DNA of 64,000 nt, from the NCBI GenBank assembly GCA_040222015.1, contig JAVJWO010000195.1, positions 32,001 to 96,000 on the forward strand. Reading direction: 5' to 3'. The stretch is from Coleofasciculus chthonoplastes F2-STO-03. Lineage in GTDB: Bacteria > Cyanobacteriota > Cyanobacteriia > Cyanobacteriales > Coleofasciculaceae. The notes beneath the pieces are model-generated. The model worked only from the letters and a program-made list of their open reading frames with translations. It was not told the origin of the DNA and ran no database searches. The translations under genes and the position numbers were made by a program. Every line of letters begins with the position of its first letter. Positions within the stretch are counted from its first letter, which is position 1. Shown piece by piece: positions 21,722 through 31,397 of the stretch.

Positions 21722-23536
21722 ATGAAAACAGCGACGCGCCCAGAGGAATTAACGGATTTAGGCAACTGCTTACAGGAGGACTTGCAGTCATACCTGCATG
21801 AGAGCATTCCTGTTCAAGTTCGGTGTCGGCGAAGTGATGAAAAGTTAGCGATTTGGGTACAGCATCCCGCCGAGGCGACGCTGGATAAAGACCAGATTCT
21901 GGCGTTTTTAGAACAAACGATCCGCAGCCAATATCCATTGGTGGCTCAACAAGTAAGAGTTAACCTGCTGCGATCTGGCGAAAAGAAACCTTACGTCTCG
22001 CAATCGCTCTCCCTAGATTTGCCTGAACCTGAACCCGAAACGACGACACCCTCTGAGGTGGATTCGGTAGAAACAAAGGAGACAGAGGAGACTAACTCCT
22101 CCTCTGAGGCGGAAACTCCGCCAAACCTAGACTCAGAAAAAACACAAGCTGAATCATCCCATCCGTGGAATCAACCGATTCCGGAGGTAAACGATAAAGC
22201 CGATGAGTCAAAATCCGAACAACCGCCGTCAGTCAAGCTCAGGTTAAAATCATCCTGGCTACCGTTAGTAGTCGCGGGTGCTGGGTTGAGTTTGGTGGTT
22301 TTCTTTAGCACGCTTTATCTCCTGACTCGCCCTTGTGTCATGGGTAAATGCACGGTTTTGTCAGAAGCGGAACAGTTAAGTCAGACATCAGCAGAAACCC
22401 TGCAAAACCCAGCATCGGGAAAAGCGGTTTTGGAAGCCCAGGAGCAGTTACAAGAGGCGATTCAATTAGTGGCGGCGATTCCGTTTTGGTCCGGTTACCG
22501 CAGCCAAGCGCAACAAAAACTGCAAGTCTATCAGTCCCAATCCGAAACCGTGGCGGATATGGTAGAGGCGCTGAAAACAGCAGCTAGAGCGGGGTATGAG
22601 AGCCAAAACCCGCCGCATCCAGAATCGAAGTGGCGGGAAGTTCAGAACCTCTGGCGAGACGCGATCGCGAAATTGGAACAGCTACCTACGGATAGCAATC
22701 TTCAACCTTTAGCCAAAACTAAAATTAAAGCATATAAGACGAATTTAGAGGAAATTAATCAGCGACTGCTTAAAGAACGAATTGCCCAGGAACATTTAAA
22801 AGCGGCTCAAGAAGCGGCGCGGATGGCTGAAGTGCGTCAAGGAATTGCCCAATCCTTATCAGACTGGCAATTGGTTTATGCGACTTGGCAAGCGTCGATG
22901 CAGCGCCTGAAACAGATTCCCCAAGGGACAACTCCTTATGAGGAAGCCCAAGAGTTATTGGCGCTGTATTTACCCAATCTTGCCAAAGCCCGCGATCGCA
23001 AAACTCAAGAGCAAATTTCTGCTAATGCCTATAATCAAGGCGTGCGGCTGGCTCAACTGGCGACAGACTCTCAATCCGATCAGCAATGGTCAGTCGCTCT
23101 AGTTCACTGGCGGAATGCGTTAACTTATGTCAATCAGGTACCCAAAGAGACCTATTTCTATGCTAAGGCACAATCGTTGGTTGAACCCTACCGAGGTGCG
23201 CTCAAACAGGCTCAAAACCAGCTTCAGTTAGCTGTCAAGATGCAACAAGCCCGTCGGGATCTTAATCAAACTTGTTCGGGGACACCCAAAATTTGTACCT
23301 ATACGCTTGACAACAAGATGATCAAGGTGAGGTTAACCCCTGCTTACGTCCAGATGGTACAACAACGAGCGTTGAGTGCTAGAACCCAAGGAGACTCAGA
23401 GGCTCATGCGGGTATTGTGAATCACATTTTGACCTTGGGAGAAGCCTTGGAAGTGATTAGTGATAATGCCAAACTGCGAGTAGAGGTTTATACACCAGAG
23501 GGTGTGATGATCCAATCCCATAATCCGGCTCAGTAG
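21722..23536 (+). CDS. Hypothetical membrane-anchored helical-repeat (TPR-like) protein
   Basis: Acidic/Pro linker, one TM segment, repeated W..A...L..IP..T..Y..AQ units. Confidence 0.8.
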   Translation: MKTATRPEELTDLGNCLQEDLQSYLHESIPVQVRCRRSDEKLAIWVQHPAEATLDKDQILAFLEQTIRSQYPLVAQQVRVNLLRSGEKKPYVSQSLSLDLPEPEPETTTPSEVDSVETKETEETNSSSEAETPPNLDSEKTQAESSHPWNQPIPEVNDKADESKSEQPPSVKLRLKSSWLPLVVAGAGLSLVVFFSTLYLLTRPCVMGKCTVLSEAEQLSQTSAETLQNPASGKAVLEAQEQLQEAIQLVAAIPFWSGYRSQAQQKLQVYQSQSETVADMVEALKTAARAGYESQNPPHPESKWREVQNLWRDAIAKLEQLPTDSNLQPLAKTKIKAYKTNLEEINQRLLKERIAQEHLKAAQEAARMAEVRQGIAQSLSDWQLVYATWQASMQRLKQIPQGTTPYEEAQELLALYLPNLAKARDRKTQEQISANAYNQGVRLAQLATDSQSDQQWSVALVHWRNALTYVNQVPKETYFYAKAQSLVEPYRGALKQAQNQLQLAVKMQQARRDLNQTCSGTPKICTYTLDNKMIKVRLTPAYVQMVQQRALSARTQGDSEAHAGIVNHILTLGEALEVISDNAKLRVEVYTPEGVMIQSHNPAQ

Positions 23537-23860
23537 CTTGGACTACTACCTTGACGGTCAAGGTGCGATCGCGTATGAAGCAGCGTGGTGAAATGAGTAG
23601 TCTTTCTTGGAATTCAAGTATTTTAAGAAATACAGTGTAATGTAAAAAAAAATAAAATTAAGTAACAAAACAAGAAATAATAGCAGTTTAAGTCACTCTA
23701 AAACCTTAAGATACCTAGTAGTGTTAGCTAAAAAGTAAAAGCTTCTACAATCCAAAATTCCCAAGGAAATTCTCCTCGTTAAAAGGGATGTTCATTATCC
23801 ATTGTTAATTTGTGAATTTATCTAAATTATAACGATCAAGTTACTTTCTATTAACTTTAA

Positions 23861-24859
23861 ATGATACAGAAAACTAAACCCTTACACGTATCCCAACCTC
23901 AGCTCAATCCTAGTCCAACGATGATGGCTCTATTGGCTATATTCACCGCCATCGTAGCTTTATCCCTGGCGGCTATATTGATCCGATTGAGTGAACGGGA
24001 ACTCGGTCCGTTTGCCACCATCTTTAATCGCTTCTGGATTGCCTTTATCGTCTTATGGCTATTGAACCAGTCAAAGGCGCGATCGCAACACGATGAACAA
24101 TCGTCTAGACCTCAGTCAGATTATACCGTTCGCGACTGGATCATGTTGATCTCGGCGGGAGTAATGTTCTGGGGGTGTTTGGCACTTTGGGCATGGTCTC
24201 TCACCCAAACAGGCGTTGCTAATTCCACCATCTTACATAACCTGACTCCCTTATTCACAACATTAGGAGTATGGTTGATATTCGGTCAGCGTTTTGACAG
24301 TCGGTTTCTGATGGGGTTGATGATGGCAATGGTGGGGGCAACTGCCCTAGGACTTGATGATTTACAAGTCGCCACAGATAACTTTGCCGGAGATATTGCC
24401 GCGTTGTTATCCGCCCTGTTTTCCGCCGCCAACTTGATGCTGATTGAAAAACTGCGTGCCAAGTGGGATGCCACCACCATTATTATGTGGTGCTGCTTAG
24501 TCGGAACAGTGGTAACGTTGCCCGTTGTCCTGCTAACTGAAGACAGACTATTCCCGATTTCGGGTTCAGGATGGTTATCGGTTATCAGTTTAGCGGTTGT
24601 CTGTCAAGTGGTCGGTCAAGGACTACAGGCATATAGTCTCAAACGCTTGTCTTCTGGATTAGTGGGTGTGTTCCTGCTCCTTGATCCCGTACTGGCGGCG
24701 TTGGTGGCGTGGGTTCTGTTTGCCGAACATTTAAGTTTGTTTAACGGATTCGCGTTTGCTGTGGTTTTAGTCGGCATCTATGTGGCTAAATCGAGTCACT
24801 ACGCCTCTCAGGTTATGGCACAAGACTCCCAACCCGCGCTTTGTGTCGCTGGGAAGTAA
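23861..24859 (+). CDS. DMT (EamA-like) family transporter
   Basis: About 10 TM segments in two EamA-like halves. Confidence 0.9.
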   Translation: MIQKTKPLHVSQPQLNPSPTMMALLAIFTAIVALSLAAILIRLSERELGPFATIFNRFWIAFIVLWLLNQSKARSQHDEQSSRPQSDYTVRDWIMLISAGVMFWGCLALWAWSLTQTGVANSTILHNLTPLFTTLGVWLIFGQRFDSRFLMGLMMAMVGATALGLDDLQVATDNFAGDIAALLSALFSAANLMLIEKLRAKWDATTIIMWCCLVGTVVTLPVVLLTEDRLFPISGSGWLSVISLAVVCQVVGQGLQAYSLKRLSSGLVGVFLLLDPVLAALVAWVLFAEHLSLFNGFAFAVVLVGIYVAKSSHYASQVMAQDSQPALCVAGK

Positions 24860-24956
24860 TTCGGGTCTGCTGAAATCAGTCTTGTGGGCAACTTTGGGAA
24901 AGTCTTATGTAACGGTAAAATGAGTATGAACATTACTTAGCAAGGATTAAAGTTCT

Positions 24957-25076
24957 ATGACGCCCTCATTAGCCAACTTTTTCTGGAGTCTCGTTTTGGG
25001 TGGAGTAATTGTGGTGATTCCCGCCACTGTTGCTCTGATCTTTATCAGCCAGAAGGATAAAATCCAACGCTCCTAA
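24957..25076 (+). CDS. psbX: Photosystem II reaction centre protein X
   Basis: Hand translation [39 protein letters not shown] (39 aa); sits upstream of ycf66. Confidence 0.93.
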   Translation: MTPSLANFFWSLVLGGVIVVIPATVALIFISQKDKIQRS

Positions 25077-25289
25077 GCTTGAGCGGTCGTTTTTGAACCC
25101 TTTGTCCAGGAACAGGGTAGCCCAGTCAGTCGCTGCCCTGTTTTCCCTATCTAGCTTCCTGAACCTCAACTTTTGAGTAGAATAGACTAGGCGTGAAGCT
25201 TTATTCTCTCAAAAATTTTGGCATAGCCAGTTAAGGTAGAGATTTATGGGCAAAACTCGCTACCATAGGACTGACTTAGGAGAGCAGCA

Positions 25290-26111
25290 ATGGTAAATTT
25301 TGGGCTGAACCCAGCCAGTATTCTGGGTATTTTCTTGGCAGTTGCCGGAGCAGGGCTTTATTTCCTGCGATCGGTACGTCCGGAGTTAGCACGAGATCAC
25401 GACATATTCTTCGCCGCTGTCGGACTATTGTGCGGCTTTATTTTGGTATTTCAGGGATGGCGACTTGATCCGATTCTCCAGTTTGGTCAGTTTCTGTTAA
25501 CGGGTTCTGTCATTTTCTTTGCGGTTGAAACCCTGCGTCTACGAGGAATCACCACCGAACAAGCCAAGCGCAATACAAAAGTTGTCGATGACGAACGCCC
25601 CGTGAGCAACGTTTATCGCCAGGTGGCTGAGTTGGACGAACTCGAACCGATGGAAGATGAAGATCCCTACATTGGTCGTCGCCTCCGGGGAACCGCCGAT
25701 TCGCGCTATAACCGCAGCGACAGGTACGAAGCCGAGGTTCGCCGTCCTAGAAGTCGCAGCGTTTCCGATGACTTCCCCCCAGAAGAACGCTCCCGTAAAC
25801 GCCGTCCACGTCCTGCAACTCGTTCCTCAAGACCGCCTGTGGACAGATGGGAGGCTGACGTAGATAATGACTGGGATGATAGACCAACTCCGAGTCGTCG
25901 TCCTCGCCCTTCGCGTCCACCGAGTCGCAGCCCCGAACCTGATATAGAACCCCCACCCAGAAAAAGACGTCGTCCTCCCCAAGAAGCAACGGTATCTGTG
26001 GCAGATCAAGAGGTAGAACCGCCTGCCAGCGATTATGTGGATTATAAACCCATTGATCCGTTGGAGGACGAAGACGAGGATGACTACGTGCCTAGAGGTT
26101 CAGAATACTAA
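25290..26111 (+). CDS. ycf66: Ycf66 family protein
   Basis: LYFLRSVRPELARDHDIFF..QGWRLDPILQFGQ plus Arg/Pro/Asp-rich tail. Confidence 0.92.
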   Translation: MVNFGLNPASILGIFLAVAGAGLYFLRSVRPELARDHDIFFAAVGLLCGFILVFQGWRLDPILQFGQFLLTGSVIFFAVETLRLRGITTEQAKRNTKVVDDERPVSNVYRQVAELDELEPMEDEDPYIGRRLRGTADSRYNRSDRYEAEVRRPRSRSVSDDFPPEERSRKRRPRPATRSSRPPVDRWEADVDNDWDDRPTPSRRPRPSRPPSRSPEPDIEPPPRKRRRPPQEATVSVADQEVEPPASDYVDYKPIDPLEDEDEDDYVPRGSEY

Positions 26112-26216
26112 ATCAAATTAGGTATAAGCTGTTCGGCATTTAAATTTTAATGTCAATAATGACGAACTCCTTGGTGTGCGAGCCAGAAAGCTCGCTACTA
26201 ATACCCAATTTAAATA

Positions 26217-26430
26217 GGGTCTGCTGAATAAGTCTTGTGGTGGGGAGAGGCAACAGGGAACAGGCAACAGGCAACAGTTTCAAGCCTCTGTTGAGGTAAA
26301 ATTCGGCGCTTAGGTCGGCGAAAATCCCAAGATGCAAGAGGGTGCTAGTGTAAAAACCTTGCACTTGTTGGATGAAAAAATAGATTGAAACCCTTATCTG
26401 GTCTACCTTCCACACTCATGCAGCAAGCCC
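26217..26430. mobile_element. 214-bp MITE (GGGYYTGCTG TIRs, TAAATA TSD) nested in a second small element (26127-26447)
   Basis: TAAATA|GGGTCTGCTGAAT...ATGCAGCAAGCCC|TAAATA; outer ends AAGCTGT..ATTTAAA / ..ACAGCTT. Confidence 0.75.
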
Positions 26431-26514
26431 TAAATACATGACAGCTTACCACCCACGTCAGTAGAGTTGGGTTTCGTTCCTCAACCCAACCTACCAATCA
26501 TCATAATTCCTAGC

Positions 26515-27126
26515 CTAATTGCTAGCCAAAGCCGCATTTAACAAAATAGCCAGAACAGAACGAATTGCTCGCAGTTCTTCTGGCGGTTCCCGTAAAAACT
26601 CGAAACTACTAGCATTAATTAAAGCATTATAAGCATCCACAACAGCCACAAACTGAGCCGGATTAACATTACCCCCTGCTGTCAATCCCGCTAGGCTAGT
26701 GGCTAGATTTTGGGCAAGGGTTGGATTTGCCCCAGCATTAACAAGGGAATTTTGAATTTGACTCATCCCTGCATCAACGTTACCCGTTCCCGTCAAAACC
26801 TGGGCAAAGTTTTGCTGAACTGATGCGGGAATGGGAGACGTATCATTACCAACACCGGGCAAATTTCGTTGGGCAAGTCGTTCATTTACGAAATCCGCTA
26901 CCTCGAACACATCCTCTCGTATCTGAGGTGTTTCATACACGAGAATGAGTTCACCACCTCGACTTGGAGCAAAAGCACCACCCGCTATATCGCTAGTGGT
27001 AATAATATTGCCCGTAACATCTGATAGGACAGGCTGGGCTTGGCTCGATGTTGTCATCGATAAAATTCCTGCTACTCCCACAGCTAAACCTAGTCCTAAC
27101 TGAAATGCTAAATGTCTCTTTTTCAT
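26515..27126 (-). CDS. Hypothetical secreted protein
   Basis: Signal peptide ending SSQA-Q; GGAG RBS; helical C-terminus. Confidence 0.75.
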   Translation of the reverse strand: MKKRHLAFQLGLGLAVGVAGILSMTTSSQAQPVLSDVTGNIITTSDIAGGAFAPSRGGELILVYETPQIREDVFEVADFVNERLAQRNLPGVGNDTSPIPASVQQNFAQVLTGTGNVDAGMSQIQNSLVNAGANPTLAQNLATSLAGLTAGGNVNPAQFVAVVDAYNALINASSFEFLREPPEELRAIRSVLAILLNAALASN

Positions 27127-27217
27127 TCGTCTTCTCCTTATATAACTGACTTGAGTAATGGGTATCGCATTGCTATGCCCCTACGCCAAGAATTGGAGGT
27201 GAATCAATCTACACGCT

Positions 27218-28906
27218 TTAGAACGATAGCCCATAACCAATCCCCAAAATGAACCGAGGGTCATCGCCAGCATTACCCGTCACATCAGCTACAGCCGGGG
27301 TAATTACCAGAGGAACACCCTGAATTGGCACAATTGAAGCGCCTAAATATAAATCTTGACCCGTCCAATCGGCAATTAAGGTAATGGGTTCTACAACTTG
27401 TAAACCAACGCTACCAAATACATTCGTCGAACCCTCTTTATCCTCAATATCATTTTCGGAGCGGAAGCGCCCCCCACCGAGACCAACAGAAGCAGTTAGG
27501 CGACTAAAGGGATCACTGGGATTTTCCCGCAAACGGAAGACTTTACTGACAACTCCATAAACACTTTGGTCACCATCGGTATTGCCCCAAACAATGGCAT
27601 TCTCCACACCAACTGCCACAGCGAGATCATCACCAATTAAGCGGTGAAGTTTGAAGCTAACTCCGCCATCTTCAAAGGTATCGCCAAATAAGTCATAAAT
27701 GGAAACAGCGGTTTCTAGAGCAACGATTTTCTTAGCATCACCGACGCCAAAACCGACAACAACAGCACCATCGTCTTCATCGAAAAACCGCACTTGCTCT
27801 TGATAGGTAGCACCGAAGAATATATTTCCCGTTTGAGCGCCAAAGGCTGTAGGAGTATTAATACTGGAACCCCCGCGTACAATCCGACGCAATTGCTCTT
27901 CCACAGGTGGTGCTGGTAAGAGATACTGCCGTCGCAAAGCAGCAACTTGTTCCGGTGTCGGTGGTGGTGGTTCTTGGGCAATGGGTTCATACCCCACAAT
28001 GTAACGGCTTGCCACAGTGGTGGGCGGGATTTGGGGTAATTGCCCTTGGCTGACTAATGCTTGGTAAATAAAGGCAGCTACATCGGCACGAGTGGCCGTC
28101 TGATTCGGATTCAAGAACGCCACATTCGGGTAATTCACTACCATCTGGTTTACCGTTGCTGCCGCGATGCTAGTCTGCGCCCAGTCCGGAATTTGAGCGG
28201 CATCCTGAAAGGCTTGATTTAATAGGGCTGTGCTTTGAGCGGGAGCCGATAAATCCAATCCACTGACTAATGCCACTAGCACTTGCACACGGGGGATATT
28301 TTGATCCGGAAGGAAAATATTATTGGGATATCCTTCCATAAATCCCATGCGATATGCTTCTTGAATCGCATCCAATGCCCAGAAGTTAGCTGGGATATCC
28401 GAAAACTGAGTGGCTGGACGTTCCAAGGGTTGCTCAAACGCCTGACGAATCATCGCCGCAAACTGAGCGCGGGTGACTGGGGCGTTAGGTCGAAATGTCC
28501 CATCGGGAAATCCCTGGATGATTCCCCGTGCAGCTAGGGCTTGGATAAAGGCTTGCGCCCAATTGTCTTGAATATCTGGAAAGGTTGTGGCTTGAACGAT
28601 TTGCCTGCCACGACTAGGCGTCGATGTCGGTGCTGTTTGTGCGGGTTGAGTTGTATTTGGGGCAGAGTTTTGGGGGCGCAGGGCATCAGCCCCCAGCATA
28701 TTATTTAGGAGTGATTCTCCTAATGAGTCTTTTTGATTAGCTTGTGGGTTGGTTTGGGCTTGGGCAATACTCTGAGGACTGGCTATGTTAGCTGCCACAC
28801 TGAGTAAGGTGCTGCCCACCACTGAACCAATGACTATATATCCCCAATGGTGCATAGTTTTGCCGATTGGCTGGAAACAACCCTTAAACCTATATCTCCT
28901 CATCAC
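27218..28906 (-). CDS. S-layer homology (3x SLH) protein with C-terminal beta-barrel-like domain
   Basis: FPDIQDNWA..GFPDGTFRPNAPVTRAQFA and two more SLH units; C-terminus GIGYGLSF; start uncertain (ATG at 28855 is plausible). Confidence 0.88.
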   Translation of the reverse strand: MMRRYRFKGCFQPIGKTMHHWGYIVIGSVVGSTLLSVAANIASPQSIAQAQTNPQANQKDSLGESLLNNMLGADALRPQNSAPNTTQPAQTAPTSTPSRGRQIVQATTFPDIQDNWAQAFIQALAARGIIQGFPDGTFRPNAPVTRAQFAAMIRQAFEQPLERPATQFSDIPANFWALDAIQEAYRMGFMEGYPNNIFLPDQNIPRVQVLVALVSGLDLSAPAQSTALLNQAFQDAAQIPDWAQTSIAAATVNQMVVNYPNVAFLNPNQTATRADVAAFIYQALVSQGQLPQIPPTTVASRYIVGYEPIAQEPPPPTPEQVAALRRQYLLPAPPVEEQLRRIVRGGSSINTPTAFGAQTGNIFFGATYQEQVRFFDEDDGAVVVGFGVGDAKKIVALETAVSIYDLFGDTFEDGGVSFKLHRLIGDDLAVAVGVENAIVWGNTDGDQSVYGVVSKVFRLRENPSDPFSRLTASVGLGGGRFRSENDIEDKEGSTNVFGSVGLQVVEPITLIADWTGQDLYLGASIVPIQGVPLVITPAVADVTGNAGDDPRFILGIGYGLSF

Positions 28907-29195
28907 TTTTGCTATGCTCCCGAAGCTGAGTTGTTATCTCAAAGGTACATGAGTTTTGCTGATTAATGCCTTAATTTATCTAAAAAATTGCCGTGGATAC
29001 TTCTGTTATGACCCAACAGGGTTTAAAGGAAGTCTCTGTTCCAATGCACAACAGGCACTAAAATGTCAAGTCCTACTGATGACTAATTTCGCTTTTATCC
29101 CGTGTGAACCTTTAGGTTTATTTAATGGTAATTTAACAATAGTAGCTGGCTTCGGCTAGTATGGCTGCTTTTGGGTTAAACGATACATATAGTTA

Positions 29196-29412
29196 GGGGC
29201 TGCTGAATAAGTTTTGTGGTGAGGGGAGGGAACTGCTTAACAGGGAACTGCTTAACAGGGAACTGCTTAACAGGGAACTGTTTCAAGCCTCTGTTGAGAG
29301 AAAATTCGGCGTTTAGGTTGAATGTCACTGACTGGTAGGCTGGTGGGCAATGCCCACCCTACGGCACATCAAAGGTTTTGGCTATATCACAATGCTTATT
29401 TCAGTGCCATTC
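29196..29412. mobile_element. Truncated second copy of the 26217 MITE, interrupted by a GAATG(T/G)CACTGA-TIR MITE with REP cargo (29320-29412)
   Basis: Shares CTGCTGAATAAGT..TGTGGTG..TTTCAAGCCTCTGTTGAG..AAAATTCGGCG with 26217; internal tandem CAGGGAACTGCTTAA repeats. Confidence 0.7.
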
Positions 29413-29457
29413 AGTGTAGGTTGGCTTGCAATGCCAGGGTGAGAAATCCCCGTTCGT

Positions 29458-30696
29458 TCACGCCAGGGAGGATGTCAAAGAGATAGGTAGCTCAATCCGA
29501 AACTCTGTATCTTTACCGGGTTCTGAGAAACATTGGATTGAGCCTTTATGCTGTCCGACAATAATTTGGTAACTAATGGCTAGTCCTAAACCAGTACCCA
29601 TACCAATGGGTTTAGTAGTGAAAAAGGGATCAAATATGCGAGCTTTAATGTCTGAGGTGATATGAGACCCGTTATTGGCAATGCGAATCATAACACGCTC
29701 GTTTTCTAATTGTTCTGTCCAGAGAATAATCCGAGCGGGTATTGTATGCGGTTCTTCTCTGATAGCATCAATGGCGTTGTTCAGAATATTCAGAAACACT
29801 TGATTTAACTGACAAGCATAACATTCGACTAAGGGTAAGTTGCCGTAGTCTTTGACTACCTCAATATTCAATTCGGGTTGATTCGATTTTAAGCGATAGT
29901 GCAACATCAATAAGGTGTTGTCAAGTTCTTGATTAATATCAACCGATTGCAAACCAGAACGGTTTTGCCGGGAAAACTCTTGTAGAGAAAGAACCATCTT
30001 CTGGATGCGTTGGGTTCCTCGGCGCATTGATGATAAAACTTTCGGCAAGTCGTCAATGAGAAAGTTCAGATCGACGGTTTCAATTTTGTCAATAACATCG
30101 CGGGGAGGGTTGGGGGTGATTCCTTGGTAGAGATTGAGGAGTTCAATTAAGTCTTGGGTGTAGCGTTCAGCGTAACTGAGGTTACTGTAGATAAATGTGA
30201 CGGGGTTGTTGAGTTCATGGGCTAAGCCGGCGATAAGCTGCCATAAGCTTGCCATTTTTTCCGTTTGCACTAATTGTGCCTGAGTTTGTTGTAATTGTCG
30301 CAGGGCTTGACTTAACTGTTGAGTTAATTGGCGCGATCGCAGCCCCGCCCTAACCCGTGCCAATAACTCTTCGACATCAATAGGTTTGGAGATAAACTCA
30401 TCAGCACCTGCATCTAAGCCTTGAACGCGATCGGTAATTTGATCGCGCATGGTGAGCAAAATTATAAACGTGGTTGCCAATTCTGGATCAGCTTTCACTT
30501 GCCGACAGACTTCTAGTCCATCCAGACGAGGCATAATCCAATCACATATCATCAAATCGGGATAGAGCAATTTGACCTGGAGTAGGGCTTCTTCTCCGTT
30601 TGGGGCGATCGCGACGTCGTGATTTTGACTCGTGAGTAGATTTTTCAGCACAAGCTGAACCGTCAAATCATCATCAACCACTAAAATTTTCGCCAT
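29458..30696 (-). CDS. Response regulator receiver - histidine kinase hybrid
   Basis: REC domain (ILVVDDD, CDWIMP, SKP); H-box AHELNNP; FDPFFTTKP, GTGLGL. Confidence 0.95.
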   Translation of the reverse strand: MAKILVVDDDLTVQLVLKNLLTSQNHDVAIAPNGEEALLQVKLLYPDLMICDWIMPRLDGLEVCRQVKADPELATTFIILLTMRDQITDRVQGLDAGADEFISKPIDVEELLARVRAGLRSRQLTQQLSQALRQLQQTQAQLVQTEKMASLWQLIAGLAHELNNPVTFIYSNLSYAERYTQDLIELLNLYQGITPNPPRDVIDKIETVDLNFLIDDLPKVLSSMRRGTQRIQKMVLSLQEFSRQNRSGLQSVDINQELDNTLLMLHYRLKSNQPELNIEVVKDYGNLPLVECYACQLNQVFLNILNNAIDAIREEPHTIPARIILWTEQLENERVMIRIANNGSHITSDIKARIFDPFFTTKPIGMGTGLGLAISYQIIVGQHKGSIQCFSEPGKDTEFRIELPISLTSSLA

Positions 30697-30719
30697 AGCT
30701 GATTAACCGCAATTCTACA

Positions 30720-31094
30720 TCAGGGGAATTCTTGGGAAAGATATGATTTTACCCCTAACCTCTGGCTTTCGAGTGCAACAACCAGATCCGCCGCATTGGA
30801 CAAATACTCGGCTTTTGCCTGACGCTCCAATTCAGTCGCGATCGCGTGGAGAGATGAAACACCCACATTAGCCGCCGCTCCTTTGAGCTGATGGGCGCAT
30901 CTGGCGACAGTTGGATAATCATTGACAGCTTCAGCTTGTTTAATCGCTTCTAAGTTAACGCGAATGACCTCCAGCAAGGCGGCGAGCAGCTCACCTTTTA
31001 ACTCCACTTCACCTAGACTTACTTCCTCTAAGCGATCAAAGTCGATCTCGATAGCGTTGGTAGAATTGCTCGGTGAAAAATTCGATTCAGACAA
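30720..31094 (-). CDS. Hpt (histidine phosphotransfer) domain protein
   Basis: AHQLKGAAANVG motif; TTG start; 23 bp upstream of the REC-HK gene. Confidence 0.9.
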   Translation of the reverse strand: MSESNFSPSNSTNAIEIDFDRLEEVSLGEVELKGELLAALLEVIRVNLEAIKQAEAVNDYPTVARCAHQLKGAAANVGVSSLHAIATELERQAKAEYLSNAADLVVALESQRLGVKSYLSQEFP

Positions 31095-31244
31095 AAAGCT
31101 TCTATTCCGATTTTTATTGGGCAGTAGATAATTATAGCCTGATCATGAACGGATCACGCTGGTGGTTCAGTGGAAATGCAGGGAAGCCGAAGGACTCCAT
31201 GTGCAGGGGACGGAGCGAAGTCTCGTAGTTTACCTGCAAACTGA

Positions 31245-31311
31245 GTAGGGGCGGGTTTTGCACAAATGTTACCATCAATAGCCCACAGAAAATCCCCAAA
31301 CCCGCCCCTAC
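31245..31311. repeat. REPIN-like hairpin element
   Basis: GTAGGGGCGGGTTT...AAACCCGCCCCTAC. Confidence 0.85.
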
Positions 31312-31397
31312 AAGTATCACGAATCACCTTTTCCCCTTAGATTCCCGACGCCTTAATTAAATCGGTCGGGGATTGAGTCGGGACGTGAATCTAACTG

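Noticed and set aside
23560..23860. Possible NtcA sites in the AT-rich spacer
   Set aside because: The best candidate is GTA-N10-TAC, not GTA-N8-TAC
26140..26415. 91-aa ORF
   Set aside because: Lies within nested MITEs and includes a heptamer translation
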